From NCBI GenBank assembly GCA_017881685.1, contig JADGQR010000060.1, forward strand, positions 1,370 to 65,369: a stretch of DNA of 64,000 nucleotides, given 5' to 3'. Of this stretch, positions 1 to 9,871 are shown in pieces (positions within the stretch are counted from its first letter, which is position 1; the number at the start of each line of letters is the position of its first letter). Origin of the DNA: Gemmatimonadaceae bacterium. Lineage in GTDB: Bacteria; Gemmatimonadota; Gemmatimonadetes; Gemmatimonadales; Gemmatimonadaceae. The notes under the pieces were generated by a model that saw only the letters and a program-made list of their open reading frames with translations, did not search any database and was not told where the DNA came from. The position numbers and the translations under genes are program-made.

Positions 1-230
1 TTTCACGCCGGAATAAGTCGTGCGATAGATGAACCGGGACCACGGCGTCCCACCACGCAGTGTGATTCATGTATGCGATGACCGGGTGGTCTGTTTCCGG
101 GAACCCGGCTCCGCTTACTTGTACTCTGCCGAATTGTCGGCGAATCAGACGGCGCGCGTACGCAGAATAGATAGTTTCCAGAACGGGATTTTTTCTGGCT
201 TCTATGAGCATCAGACTCGGGTGAGGACAG

Positions 231-1259
231 ATGGAACAGAACGATAACCGCTGGAGAAAGGTGTTGATGTCTGGCGGCGCTCTCATTGGAGCCGCGGCCG
301 CATACAATGCCATCGCACGAAAAGGCGTTGACCAGCTTACCAATCTCATCGGCGGAGAAGAGGGCGGATTCGATTGGAGAGGGCGGCGCATCGCATTCAC
401 CAAGCGCGGCAGCGGGCCTCCTCTTCTTCTCATCCACGGCATTCATGCCGCTGCGTGGTCGTACGAATGGCACGACAACGTTGATTACCTCTCGCGCGGC
501 AACACCGTCTACACCATCGATCTGCTGGGCTTCGGCAGATCCGATCGCCCCGCCATACGCTACTCAGCGCGGCTCTACATATCGCTGATCTCGGACTTCG
601 TTCACCAGGTTATCGGTGAACCGTGCGTTCTCGTCGCGACTTCGCTCTCCGGCGCGTATGCGATAGTTCTCGGCGCCCGTGATCCGGAAAGATTTCCGGC
701 GATTGCGCTGATTGCCCCGACGGGTCTCACCCGACTGAACAAGCCCGCTGGCGCCGGCGGAGAGGCCGGTCGTCTTGCAGTTGAGGCGCCGATCGTCGGC
801 ACAGCGATGTTCAACGCGCTCGTTTCGAAACGAAGCCTGCGCTATTACCTCGAAAAGACGTACGCCGACAACTCAATCGTCACGGATGAGCTCGTCGACA
901 TCTACTATTGGACGTCTCACCAGCGTGGTGCTCGTCACGCGCCCGCGGCTTTTGTCTCGGGACATTTGAACATCGATGTTCGTCAGGCGCTGCGCCGGTT
1001 GAGCCAGCCATCGCTGCTCGTCTGGGGCGAGGAAGGATCCGCCGCACCTATCGAGGAATTTCGCGGTTTCCGCGCAATCAAACCCGACTTTGAGCTCACG
1101 GTTCTGACGCCAGCCGGTGACCTGCCGCACGACGAGCGCCCCGATGACTTTAATGTTATCCTATCAACATGGCTGAATCGCCTGTCTCTCTCCTCCGCGC
1201 ACACTCTCGCCACGCTCCCTGGAACGCCCGAGGTCTCGCTGCCCACGTCACAGCCTTAG
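231..1259 (+). CDS. Alpha/beta fold hydrolase
   Basis: LLLIHG, DLLGFGRS, nucleophile elbow ATSLSG, C-terminal PHDE; SD-like GAGGA upstream. Confidence 0.9.
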   Translation: MEQNDNRWRKVLMSGGALIGAAAAYNAIARKGVDQLTNLIGGEEGGFDWRGRRIAFTKRGSGPPLLLIHGIHAAAWSYEWHDNVDYLSRGNTVYTIDLLGFGRSDRPAIRYSARLYISLISDFVHQVIGEPCVLVATSLSGAYAIVLGARDPERFPAIALIAPTGLTRLNKPAGAGGEAGRLAVEAPIVGTAMFNALVSKRSLRYYLEKTYADNSIVTDELVDIYYWTSHQRGARHAPAAFVSGHLNIDVRQALRRLSQPSLLVWGEEGSAAPIEEFRGFRAIKPDFELTVLTPAGDLPHDERPDDFNVILSTWLNRLSLSSAHTLATLPGTPEVSLPTSQP

Positions 1260-1714
1260 TCGACGCGGCAGGCATGCGTCCGACTAACGCGTCGGCGCGT
1301 GCTGCACCGACTGCACGGTCGGTAAGATTCTATGTTGCGAACGGATTGCTCGACCGGCCGGAAGGAACGGGCACCGCCGCTACCTACAACTACCGGCATC
1401 TCCTTCAGCTCCTCGCGATCAAGATCAGACAGCGGGAAGGCCAGAGCCTGGAGAAGATCAAAGCGGAGATGAAGGACGTCACCGGCGATGCACTCGAGCG
1501 CCGCATCGCTACATCACTTGCACCCGCTCTCACTTCCCATGCTGATACGACCGCAGAGCGCGAGGACGGCAACACGCACAGTTGGCGCCGGGCTCCAGTT
1601 GCCGACGGCATCGAGCTGCACATTCGCGAAGACAGTCCCGCTGCGCGTGACGAAGCCGTCACTGCAATGCGCGAGGCAGTTCGCGCTGCGTTGGGTCGCG
1701 CCGATATTCGCTAG
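1169..1714 (+). CDS. MerR-like HTH DNA-binding protein
   Basis: RSVRFYVANGLLDRP...ATYNYRHLLQLLAIK...GQSLEKIK is a MerR-type winged helix; overlaps upstream gene by 91 nt (alternative ATG 1274). Confidence 0.8.
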   Translation: MAESPVSLLRAHSRHAPWNARGLAAHVTALVDAAGMRPTNASARAAPTARSVRFYVANGLLDRPEGTGTAATYNYRHLLQLLAIKIRQREGQSLEKIKAEMKDVTGDALERRIATSLAPALTSHADTTAEREDGNTHSWRRAPVADGIELHIREDSPAARDEAVTAMREAVRAALGRADIR

Positions 1715-1726
1715 ATCAAACGCAGG

Positions 1727-2949
1727 TCAGATGTAGCTCAGCCACCAGTCTCGGCGGCGTGATTTGAGATCGGCGAACCAGCGGGACGGCAAGTACATGC
1801 TGAGAACGACGAGAGACCACGCCAGATAAACGCCGGGCAGGCTCGTACCGTACCACTTTGGAAACGACGCCGTGTCGAGACTCAGAAAGCCTGCAGTGCC
1901 TCCCTGCCAGAGCGCGAATATGGCCGCAAGTATGTGTATGACGTAGATGTGGCCGAGGTAATAGAACATCGGCACTCGTCCATATACGCTTGCTGCACGC
2001 GCAAACGGACCGCGTGCATTCTCCAGCAATGCAAGGGCGATCAGCGTTGGTCCAAGCGTCATGAGCAGGTAATCGAGCGACGGCGGATACTTCATCGCAT
2101 TGAGAAACGATGCGACTGTCAACGCCGCCGTTTTCTGCACCGACCACGGCACCGGATTTCCGTAAGCGTTGACGAATCGAATCGCAACGAACGCGACGAT
2201 CGAAACAATGCCGGCTCGCAATGGAAAGCGTTTTCGTCGTTCTGGCTCCCACCGAAAGACATCACCAAGGGCAAAACCAAGCGCCATTACAGCGAACCAC
2301 GGGATTATCGGATATCCGACAATTATCAGAGGGTCCGGAGAAACGAGTCCGGGCCTGTGAAGCAGGTGCCAGAGTGGACTTCCTCCAGACATTGAGGCCC
2401 CACCGACGCTATCGAGCAGATTGTGTCCGGCTATCGTTATGAGCGCTACCGCCGTGATCACCTTTTTTGGCAGAAAGACGAGCCCCGATAGAATCACCAT
2501 CGAGAGGCCAAGCGCCCAGATAACCAGCAGAATCAGCGGAATCAGCGGAAATCCGAGCTTGAAGTTCCATCCGAGTGCGGAGACAGTAACCTCGAGAAAC
2601 ACAAGCCACAGTCCACGAGTCAGCAGAAATCTGCTGATCTCGCGTTTCGATTAGCCGCCCGACAACGCGAGTGATGCGCCAACACCCGCGAGAAGAAAGA
2701 ATGTCGGCACGCAGAAATGCGTGACCCACCGAGTGGCAAAGAGAAATGGAGTTGCCTTTGAAAGATCCTCGGGCTGAAACCGCAGGTTGCTGAAATAGTC
2801 GCGCGTGTGATCGAGAGCCATCAGAACCATCACGATGCCGCGAACGAGATCCACCGAAGCGACCGCTGCCGCGTGACGGCAGTACCCGTCGCGCTCCTGG
2901 CGCTGAAGGACACGGGCTCCCGCATTGTCCCGGCAATCGATGCGCTCAT
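1727..2949 (-). pseudogene. DUF1624 / HGSNAT-like acyltransferase membrane protein, disrupted
   Basis: ATG 2949 overlaps lhr stop with GGAGG SD; 1-nt frameshift near 2863 before SVDLVRGIVMVLMALDHTRDYF; in-frame TAA 2653-2651; frame continues into ORF 1727-2602 (KYPPSL motif). Confidence 0.85.
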
Positions 2950-5900
2950 TCGGACCCTCCGATGTCCGGCAGCATGAGATAACGCGCGTTCTTCTCACCT
3001 CGCAGATGAACAGCGAGTACTTCCTTGGCTTTCATCACGTCTTCCTTCGCCATCCACTCCGCTGCGACTACCCGTTTTCCCCGGCCTTCGACTGAAAGCC
3101 CGACCTTTCCACCTCGAGTGACGATCAGAGCGCCCGCTCCACGTGGACGAGACAAGGGATCTCGGTCAGCCAGATCGAGCGGGAGATTATAAATGTTCGC
3201 GGGGTCGCTCGCAGCCAGTGCAATGAAAGGTTTGCCATTCTCTGACTCTTCGGCGATTGCTCTCAACTGTTCCACCGCCGCACTCGATGCGAATTGAGCT
3301 CCGGCCAGGCCCTTCACGAAATATCCGCGTCGAACTTCGCCTCTGAACTCCATCTTTTTGAGCTCATGGTAGATCGTTCGCCAAGGGATGCGAGGCTTCT
3401 CTCGACGCCATAGCTCGCGAGACACGATCGCGTATCTATCGAGCCAGTATCTGGCGATTTCGGCCGCACGTTCTTCGACTGCCTTAGCTCGTCCGAGCGT
3501 ACCGATACGATGAACGAGCGACCATCTGCCACCCCAGTTCGATTGATTTGCACCGGGACGATCAGGCCTTCGCCATTTCGGAATTCGCCTGAGATTCGGC
3601 CGACGCTGAATGACGTGACGATGTGCCGACGGGCGGTAGTCAGCGGGGAGCCACCGCGTTGGATCCGGATCGATTTGCGTATCGAGCGGACGCCACCGAA
3701 TGATCTCCCGCATCGCTTCGACCGTGTCATTTGTCACGATGCCGGCGGCGGCGAGCTCTCTCAGGGCTTCCTTCACCGCGAGCGGAGTGAGACCTGTCAC
3801 AACTTCGAGGTCGAGCGTGAACGATGCGCCTTCCTCGGCGATTACTTCCCTTACCGCGCGAGCATGCTCGCTCAGCTTAGTCTCGATTTCACTGCTCTGC
3901 TCCTCACCGACCCAGATAGATCCGGTTCCCCTTCGGAAGAAACGAATCCGCGACAGCATCACGGTGTCGGATATCGAATCAGTATTTGCCTCACCGACCC
4001 AGACAGTTTCGCCACTTCCAAAGAATTGCGAGAGCCACGCGGGATCGTATCCGGGCACACGTGCACGCAGATAATCGCGCTCCCACAATTTCGCGGGACG
4101 AGCAAGGCCATAGAGCTGTCGCATGACGGTCGCGACTCCATCAACTCCCTGAGCAGCATCACGCGGATCGACATGCTGCCATCGCTGGACGAGCTCAGCG
4201 TAGACCGGAAGCTCCACTGCTTCGATTTGCCGGCGAAGCGCAGCTAGCGCGCGACGCCTTCCTGCTTCCGCGATCCGTCGCGACACCCACTCCGGATCTG
4301 CGTGATCAGACCTGAACCTTCCGCGAACGAGCTTGCCGGTTCGCTGCCACTCCGTGAGACGCGACTCGATCCATCGTTCTTCCCAGCCATACCGCTCTTT
4401 TATCTCGGCAACTGTCACCGGTCCGGAGAGAGCGAGAAACCGCGCGAGGATCTCTCGCCGTGCTGCCCCCACGGTCATTGCGCCGGTCAGCAGAACCTCC
4501 GGTATCACCTCAGTGGCCGGCAGATCGACCTGGTTTCCGGCGAATCCCGAGCCGCTTCCACCGGACGTCGGTACCCTCACGTGACTCAACGCATCAGCGC
4601 CGTATGCCGAGACGTAACGCGGAAATAATTCGGTGAGTATGTACCGCCATTCCTTGTCTCTCCCGAAAGGGATGAGCACAGCTCGCCGGCTCGATACTAT
4701 TTCGTTGAACGGATCACCGAGCAGACCTTCCTCTCCTGTTGCGATGCGTGCGCCAAGCTCTGTCTCGCTCAGATCACCGGCGCGATCGAGCAGATGAGCA
4801 AGCTCGTCTGTGCTCCTTGCCCGTCTTCGCGGAGCGTATCCTCCGCGCTCAGCTACGATCTGCCGAATTGCGTCGAGAGTGAGATCGTCACCTGCTTCGT
4901 CGCCCATCACTTCGCCAAGCAGAGAGCGATCGAGTGACAGAAGTGCCGCCGACTGCTCGGCGCGTGGGGTGTCGTCTCCATACAGCCAGTCCATCACGAA
5001 CCCGAATTGGAGGCTCGCGGCGAATGGAGATGGCTTTTCCGTCTGAACCACCTGAACCGCGATCGCTCCGCTTTCGATGTCATTAAGAACTGTCTTCAGG
5101 CCGTTCATGTCGAACGCTTCCTGCAGGACGTCGCGGTATGTCTCGACAAGTACAGGGAAGCTCGGGAACTGCTTCACCGTTTGAAGCAGATCGAGGGCTT
5201 TCAGTCGCTGCAGCCAGAGCGGCATTCTCCGACGTGGATTACCGCGAGGAAGAAGCAGTGACCTCGCAGCATTCATTCGAAATCGAGCGCCAAACAGGGA
5301 CGTCGATCCTACTTCTTCCATCACCAGCTCTTCTGCTTCTGCCGCAGAAAGTCCGAGCAGATTTGCAACTGGAATTGGACGACCAATGTCGGGCATTCGC
5401 AGCATCACGCCATCATCGGTCGTCTGCACTTGAACGTCCGCGCCCTGGAGTGCTTCCCGCGCACGTTGAGCGAGTGCCATTCCCCACGGCGCGTTTACGC
5501 GTCCGCCAAAAGCAGCGTGAAGTACGACACGCACGGAGCCTGTCTCATCCCGGAAATGTTCGATGACGATGGTTTTGTCGTCGGGCACCACACCGGTGGC
5601 GGCTTTCTGCGCTCCGATGTAATTCATCAGCGAGACCGACGTCGCTTCATCGCAGCCGTATTTCTCCTCGAGGACTTTTGAAGAAGTGCCCTCGGCAAGC
5701 TCACGTCTCAGTGCTCCAACACGATGACTCAGCTCGAGCGAGCGCGCGCCGTACTCTCCGTGCCAGAAAGGCATCCGCGCAGCCATGCCTGGTGCGGGGT
5801 TCACTATGACTCTGTCGTGCTCGATCGCAGCAATGCGCCACGTCGTCGATCCAAGCTGGAACACATCGCCGACTCTCGACTCGTGAACGAACTCTTCGTC

Positions 5901-7457
5901 CAGTTCGCCCAGCCTGGTTCGGTCCGGAAGATTGACTGTGTAGAGTCCGCGATCCGGAATTGTTCCGCCCGAAATCACCGCGATCATTCTCGCGGCGCGA
6001 TCGCCTGTGACTCTGTCGGTCACGCGGTCCCACGTCACCCTTGATTCCAGTTCGCTCGCGATGTCCGATGGATACTTCCCCGACAACATCGAGAGAACTT
6101 CGTCGAAAGCACCGCGACTCAGGCGGTGATAGGGATACGATCGACGCGCGAGATCGAACAGATCGCTTGCACTCCAGTCGTCAACCGACGCAGCAGCGAC
6201 AATCACCTGTGCCAGAACATCGAGCGCGTTCTGCACAACTCGCGTCGGCTCGACATCTCCCGCCCTCATCGCAGCTACGATCGCGGCGATCTCAACGGCA
6301 TCATCCCGGAACGTCGGAACGAGGATGCCGCGGCTTGCCACACCAAGTGTGTGTCCCGCTCGTCCGACACGCTGTAGTGCTGCCGATACTCGCTTGGGGG
6401 ACTGGAGCTGAATCACGAGATCTACTGAACCGATGTCGATTCCAAGCTCGAGCGAGCTCGTCGTCACAAGAGCACGAAGATTTCCCGCCTTCAGCCGTTC
6501 CTCGAGCATGAAGCGGCGTTCGCGAGACAACGAGCCGTGGTATGGCTGCGCGATATCTTCTTCCGCAAGCGCATTCACCTTGCCTGCGATTTTCTCGGCC
6601 TGTGCTCGATTGTTCACGAAGACGAGCGTCGTTTTCGATGCGCGTATGTGGTCGAGCACGAGAGGAACGACCGACGGCCAGACACTTCCGCCAACATTGC
6701 CAAGGTCCGGCACCGGCGACTGAACCTTGATCTCCATCTGCTTCACGAGACCGCAATCCACAACGGTGACCTGCCGATAGACTGTGTTACCGTCGGCGGC
6801 CAGCTCACATCCACCGAGATATCGAGCTACCTCATCGAGCGGCCGTTGTGTTGCGGACAGACCGATTCGCTGTGGCGATCGTGACGTCAGTGCTTCGAGC
6901 CTCTCCAGAGTGAGCGCCAGGTGTGCCCCGCGCTTGCTGCCTGCGATCGCGTGTATCTCGTCGACGATCACGGCACGCGTTGCGCTGAACATCCCACGAC
7001 CACGCACGCTCGTCAGCATGATGTTGAGCGATTCCGGAGTCGTGATCAGAATGTGCGGTGACTTGCGCAGCATTCGCGCGCGTGCCGCCGGTGGGGTGTC
7101 CCCTGTTCTTACGCCGACGCGAATCTCCGGGAATGATTTGCCCGCCTCTTCAAATCGCCGGCGCAAATCGGCAAGAGGAGCTTCGAGGTTGCGCTGAATG
7201 TCATTGTTCAGCGCCTTGAGCGGCGAGATGTAGAGAAGATGAACACCGTTCGCGAGCGGTTCCTTCAAACCCTCGACTATCAGTGCATTCAGCTCCCATA
7301 GAAATGCGGCGAGCGTTTTTCCGGTTCCCGTCGGCGCGAGTACGAGCGTGTGGCTGCCGCTCGCGATCGCGGGCCACCCCATGCGCTGCGGCTCGCTGGG
7401 TTTGCCGAGAGTCTCGGCGAACCATTTCCGGATGATCGGATGAAATCGACGATTCAT
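2946..7457 (-). CDS. lhr: Full-length Lhr SF2 helicase (1503 aa) with C-terminal winged-helix/glycosylase-like region
   Basis: APTGTGKT, ISPLKAL, TTPESL, DEIH, SAT, HGSLS, LELGID, QRVGRAGH, GGTIPDRG, GELDEEFV. Confidence 0.95.
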   Translation of the reverse strand: MNRRFHPIIRKWFAETLGKPSEPQRMGWPAIASGSHTLVLAPTGTGKTLAAFLWELNALIVEGLKEPLANGVHLLYISPLKALNNDIQRNLEAPLADLRRRFEEAGKSFPEIRVGVRTGDTPPAARARMLRKSPHILITTPESLNIMLTSVRGRGMFSATRAVIVDEIHAIAGSKRGAHLALTLERLEALTSRSPQRIGLSATQRPLDEVARYLGGCELAADGNTVYRQVTVVDCGLVKQMEIKVQSPVPDLGNVGGSVWPSVVPLVLDHIRASKTTLVFVNNRAQAEKIAGKVNALAEEDIAQPYHGSLSRERRFMLEERLKAGNLRALVTTSSLELGIDIGSVDLVIQLQSPKRVSAALQRVGRAGHTLGVASRGILVPTFRDDAVEIAAIVAAMRAGDVEPTRVVQNALDVLAQVIVAAASVDDWSASDLFDLARRSYPYHRLSRGAFDEVLSMLSGKYPSDIASELESRVTWDRVTDRVTGDRAARMIAVISGGTIPDRGLYTVNLPDRTRLGELDEEFVHESRVGDVFQLGSTTWRIAAIEHDRVIVNPAPGMAARMPFWHGEYGARSLELSHRVGALRRELAEGTSSKVLEEKYGCDEATSVSLMNYIGAQKAATGVVPDDKTIVIEHFRDETGSVRVVLHAAFGGRVNAPWGMALAQRAREALQGADVQVQTTDDGVMLRMPDIGRPIPVANLLGLSAAEAEELVMEEVGSTSLFGARFRMNAARSLLLPRGNPRRRMPLWLQRLKALDLLQTVKQFPSFPVLVETYRDVLQEAFDMNGLKTVLNDIESGAIAVQVVQTEKPSPFAASLQFGFVMDWLYGDDTPRAEQSAALLSLDRSLLGEVMGDEAGDDLTLDAIRQIVAERGGYAPRRRARSTDELAHLLDRAGDLSETELGARIATGEEGLLGDPFNEIVSSRRAVLIPFGRDKEWRYILTELFPRYVSAYGADALSHVRVPTSGGSGSGFAGNQVDLPATEVIPEVLLTGAMTVGAARREILARFLALSGPVTVAEIKERYGWEERWIESRLTEWQRTGKLVRGRFRSDHADPEWVSRRIAEAGRRRALAALRRQIEAVELPVYAELVQRWQHVDPRDAAQGVDGVATVMRQLYGLARPAKLWERDYLRARVPGYDPAWLSQFFGSGETVWVGEANTDSISDTVMLSRIRFFRRGTGSIWVGEEQSSEIETKLSEHARAVREVIAEEGASFTLDLEVVTGLTPLAVKEALRELAAAGIVTNDTVEAMREIIRWRPLDTQIDPDPTRWLPADYRPSAHRHVIQRRPNLRRIPKWRRPDRPGANQSNWGGRWSLVHRIGTLGRAKAVEERAAEIARYWLDRYAIVSRELWRREKPRIPWRTIYHELKKMEFRGEVRRGYFVKGLAGAQFASSAAVEQLRAIAEESENGKPFIALAASDPANIYNLPLDLADRDPLSRPRGAGALIVTRGGKVGLSVEGRGKRVVAAEWMAKEDVMKAKEVLAVHLRGEKNARYLMLPDIGGSE

Positions 7458-7506
7458 TGGTCAGAGCGGACGGGTGTCTGAAACCGTCCGCGCAACGCTC
7501 ACCTGC

Positions 7507-8805
7507 CTACAGGATTCTGCGCATCAGCTGTGCGCCTTGCTCGAGAATTTTACCCGTCCATGATCTCTTCCTGAACGTATCGAGCTTGATCTCATCGGAA
7601 TACTTGAGGTCATCCAGGAAGATGTCGTCCATCTGCTTGCCGATTCCTGAATCCAGCGCGAGAATCTGCGATTCGTTGTTGAAGGCAATCGACCTGTTAT
7701 CGAAGTTCATCGAGCCCAGCGACGACCACATGCCGTCAACGACGATGGTCTTTGCGTGCATCATCGTTGGCTTGTACTCGTAGATCTTCACGCCTCCTTC
7801 CAGAAGCTGCTCATACAACGCCCGGCCTGCGTACCACGTCGACTTCACGTCGGTCTTTGGACCGACGGTGAGGATCCTCACGTCGACGCCGTGCTTTGCT
7901 GCATTGATGAGCAGCTGGCAGAAGTCGGTATTCGGCACGAAATAGGAGTTCGTGACGTAGAGCGTCTTCCGTGCACCCGCGATCGTGAGCGCATAGAATC
8001 TCTCGGCCGGTGTGCTGCCGATTGTTGGAAGACTGTGCATGAGACCGGCTTTGACATCGCCCTTGTCTTGAAACGAAACGGGGGGAAAGAACATGTCTCC
8101 CGTCAGCAGCTCACCTCTTGTCTCGGCCCAGCCGGAAGCAAATGCGGCCTGAAGCGCGGCGACCGTTGGACCCATGAACCTTACATTGCTCTCGCGCCAC
8201 TGCTCCTCATGACGGCCGTCACCGAGCCAGTAATCTGCAAGCCCGAATCCGCCGGTGTACCCGACACGTCCATCCACCACGACAACTCGAACGTGTGAGC
8301 GCTGGGTGGCTTTCTGAAGAGTGTACCACTTGAGAGGTCTGAGCCACGCGAATTCGACCCCGGATTTCTTCAGATTCTCGACCCATTGGCCCGCAAGCGG
8401 TTGTGATCCAAATGCGTCGAACAGAACCAGAACTCTCACGCCGGCTCGCGCCCTCTCGGAGAGATATTTTGCCATCGTGTCCGCAACGGCCCCGGGTTGC
8501 GAGTAGTACATCTGCACCGTGATCGTGTGCTTTGCCGAGGCAATGTCCTTCCATAATCGCGGGTACGTTCCCACTCCGTTCAGGAGAATCTCGACCCTGT
8601 TGCCGTCGTCGATGTGAGTTCCCGTGAACAGCTCGATAGTATGCGGAAACAGGGGATCGCTGACCCCCGGCGGACCGCCTTTGTCACCCGCGGCGATTAC
8701 GGTCCGAACGGTCGCTCCTCTTGTCACCGACAGGACGCCGATCAGCATCAGCACGACGGCCAGAAGAAGAACCACGGTCAGCGCGCCATACTTGAGGATG
8801 CTCAT
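7507..8805 (-). CDS. cls: Cardiolipin synthase / phospholipase D family protein
   Basis: N-terminal TM; PLD motifs SHVRVVVVDG (variant) and MHAKTIVVDG...GSMNFDNRS; NSYFVP. Confidence 0.9.
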   Translation of the reverse strand: MSILKYGALTVVLLLAVVLMLIGVLSVTRGATVRTVIAAGDKGGPPGVSDPLFPHTIELFTGTHIDDGNRVEILLNGVGTYPRLWKDIASAKHTITVQMYYSQPGAVADTMAKYLSERARAGVRVLVLFDAFGSQPLAGQWVENLKKSGVEFAWLRPLKWYTLQKATQRSHVRVVVVDGRVGYTGGFGLADYWLGDGRHEEQWRESNVRFMGPTVAALQAAFASGWAETRGELLTGDMFFPPVSFQDKGDVKAGLMHSLPTIGSTPAERFYALTIAGARKTLYVTNSYFVPNTDFCQLLINAAKHGVDVRILTVGPKTDVKSTWYAGRALYEQLLEGGVKIYEYKPTMMHAKTIVVDGMWSSLGSMNFDNRSIAFNNESQILALDSGIGKQMDDIFLDDLKYSDEIKLDTFRKRSWTGKILEQGAQLMRRIL

Positions 8806-8904
8806 TTGTCACCGAACTGTTTAGTGTGAATACACAGTGTCCGTACCAGCAATTCGGACACCGCTCCTTGCCGCACCTCTGAGGTTACCGCAGTTTCACT
8901 GAAC

Positions 8905-9756
8905 ATGACTCTCGCAGCCCGCAGACGTTCTGCGAACCGAGCCATCTACCTCGATCGCTCGCTCGAAGCGCTGCCGATTTTCCGGCTCAGCGATTCGGCT
9001 GAAGAGTCGACCATAACATACTCCCCGCTAACCGGCGGTCGCTGGCGCGTTCTGCCATCTCCAGGCGACCGTGTCCCCGGCACTTTCGACCAGGATGTCT
9101 ACGTCGAAATCCTTCATAGATATGCCGAGGCGGGATTTCCGCACGACGGAACCATAACGTTCACGCTTCACTCATTCCTGCGGTCGATTGGCCGCCGAGT
9201 CGACGGCAGAACCTATGAGCAGCTGCGTTCCGCGCTCAATCGCCTTGAAAGAACCATGCTAGAATCTTCGGGCGTTTATCTGCCCGTGCGCAAAGGTATT
9301 CCTCTCGAGGGCCAGTTCACGATTCTCACGTCAGTAGCAATCGAGAGAAGAAGGCTCGCCGATCGTGAACAGTTCACTCTTTTTCCGGTGCTCACCGCAT
9401 CCGAGCCCGGAGATGCACGAGTTGTGATATCACCGCTGATCCGGGACAACATTGCCGCTGGATGCACGGTGTCTCTCTCTTCTCCACATTATCAGTCGTT
9501 GAACAGTCCTGTGGCTCGCCGGCTCTATCGGTTGCTCGAGGTCGCCCGGGAATCTGGAACTGTGACCTGGCGCGTCCCGCTCGAGGAGCTCGCTCAGCAG
9601 CTTCCGCTGGCTCAACGCTATCCCTCCCACCTGCAGCGAGTGCTCCAACCGGCACATGAGATGCTCCTTGCGGCAGGACTGGTCCGAAATGCCTCGTTTC
9701 GCCAGATCAACCGGGAATGGCTAGTCGATTATGTGCTCGCAACCCGCAACACCTGA
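8905..9756 (+). CDS. Plasmid-type replication initiator protein A-like (winged helix)
   Basis: PIFRLS, PGTFDQDVY, GRTYEQLRSALNRL, YQSLNSPVARRLYRLL resemble RPA/TrfA-like initiators (family recall). Confidence 0.75.
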   Translation: MTLAARRRSANRAIYLDRSLEALPIFRLSDSAEESTITYSPLTGGRWRVLPSPGDRVPGTFDQDVYVEILHRYAEAGFPHDGTITFTLHSFLRSIGRRVDGRTYEQLRSALNRLERTMLESSGVYLPVRKGIPLEGQFTILTSVAIERRRLADREQFTLFPVLTASEPGDARVVISPLIRDNIAAGCTVSLSSPHYQSLNSPVARRLYRLLEVARESGTVTWRVPLEELAQQLPLAQRYPSHLQRVLQPAHEMLLAAGLVRNASFRQINREWLVDYVLATRNT

Positions 9757-9871
9757 CGCCCCTGAAGTGTCTAATTATCAGGCGGTTATACCCGTTGCAC
9801 CCCGGAACACTCACAGTTTCGGGGCGTATCTAGTACCTTCAGCGTAAGCTCACTCATATCGTAGGCCGGAC

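Noticed and set aside
1-230. Short ORFs at the window start
   Set aside because: No recognisable motifs; cannot tell a truncated gene from upstream DNA
8806-9871. Plasmid origin/iterons or integrated element around the Rep-like gene
   Set aside because: Only short hairpins in the flanks; no direct-repeat array, att sites or mobility genes seen
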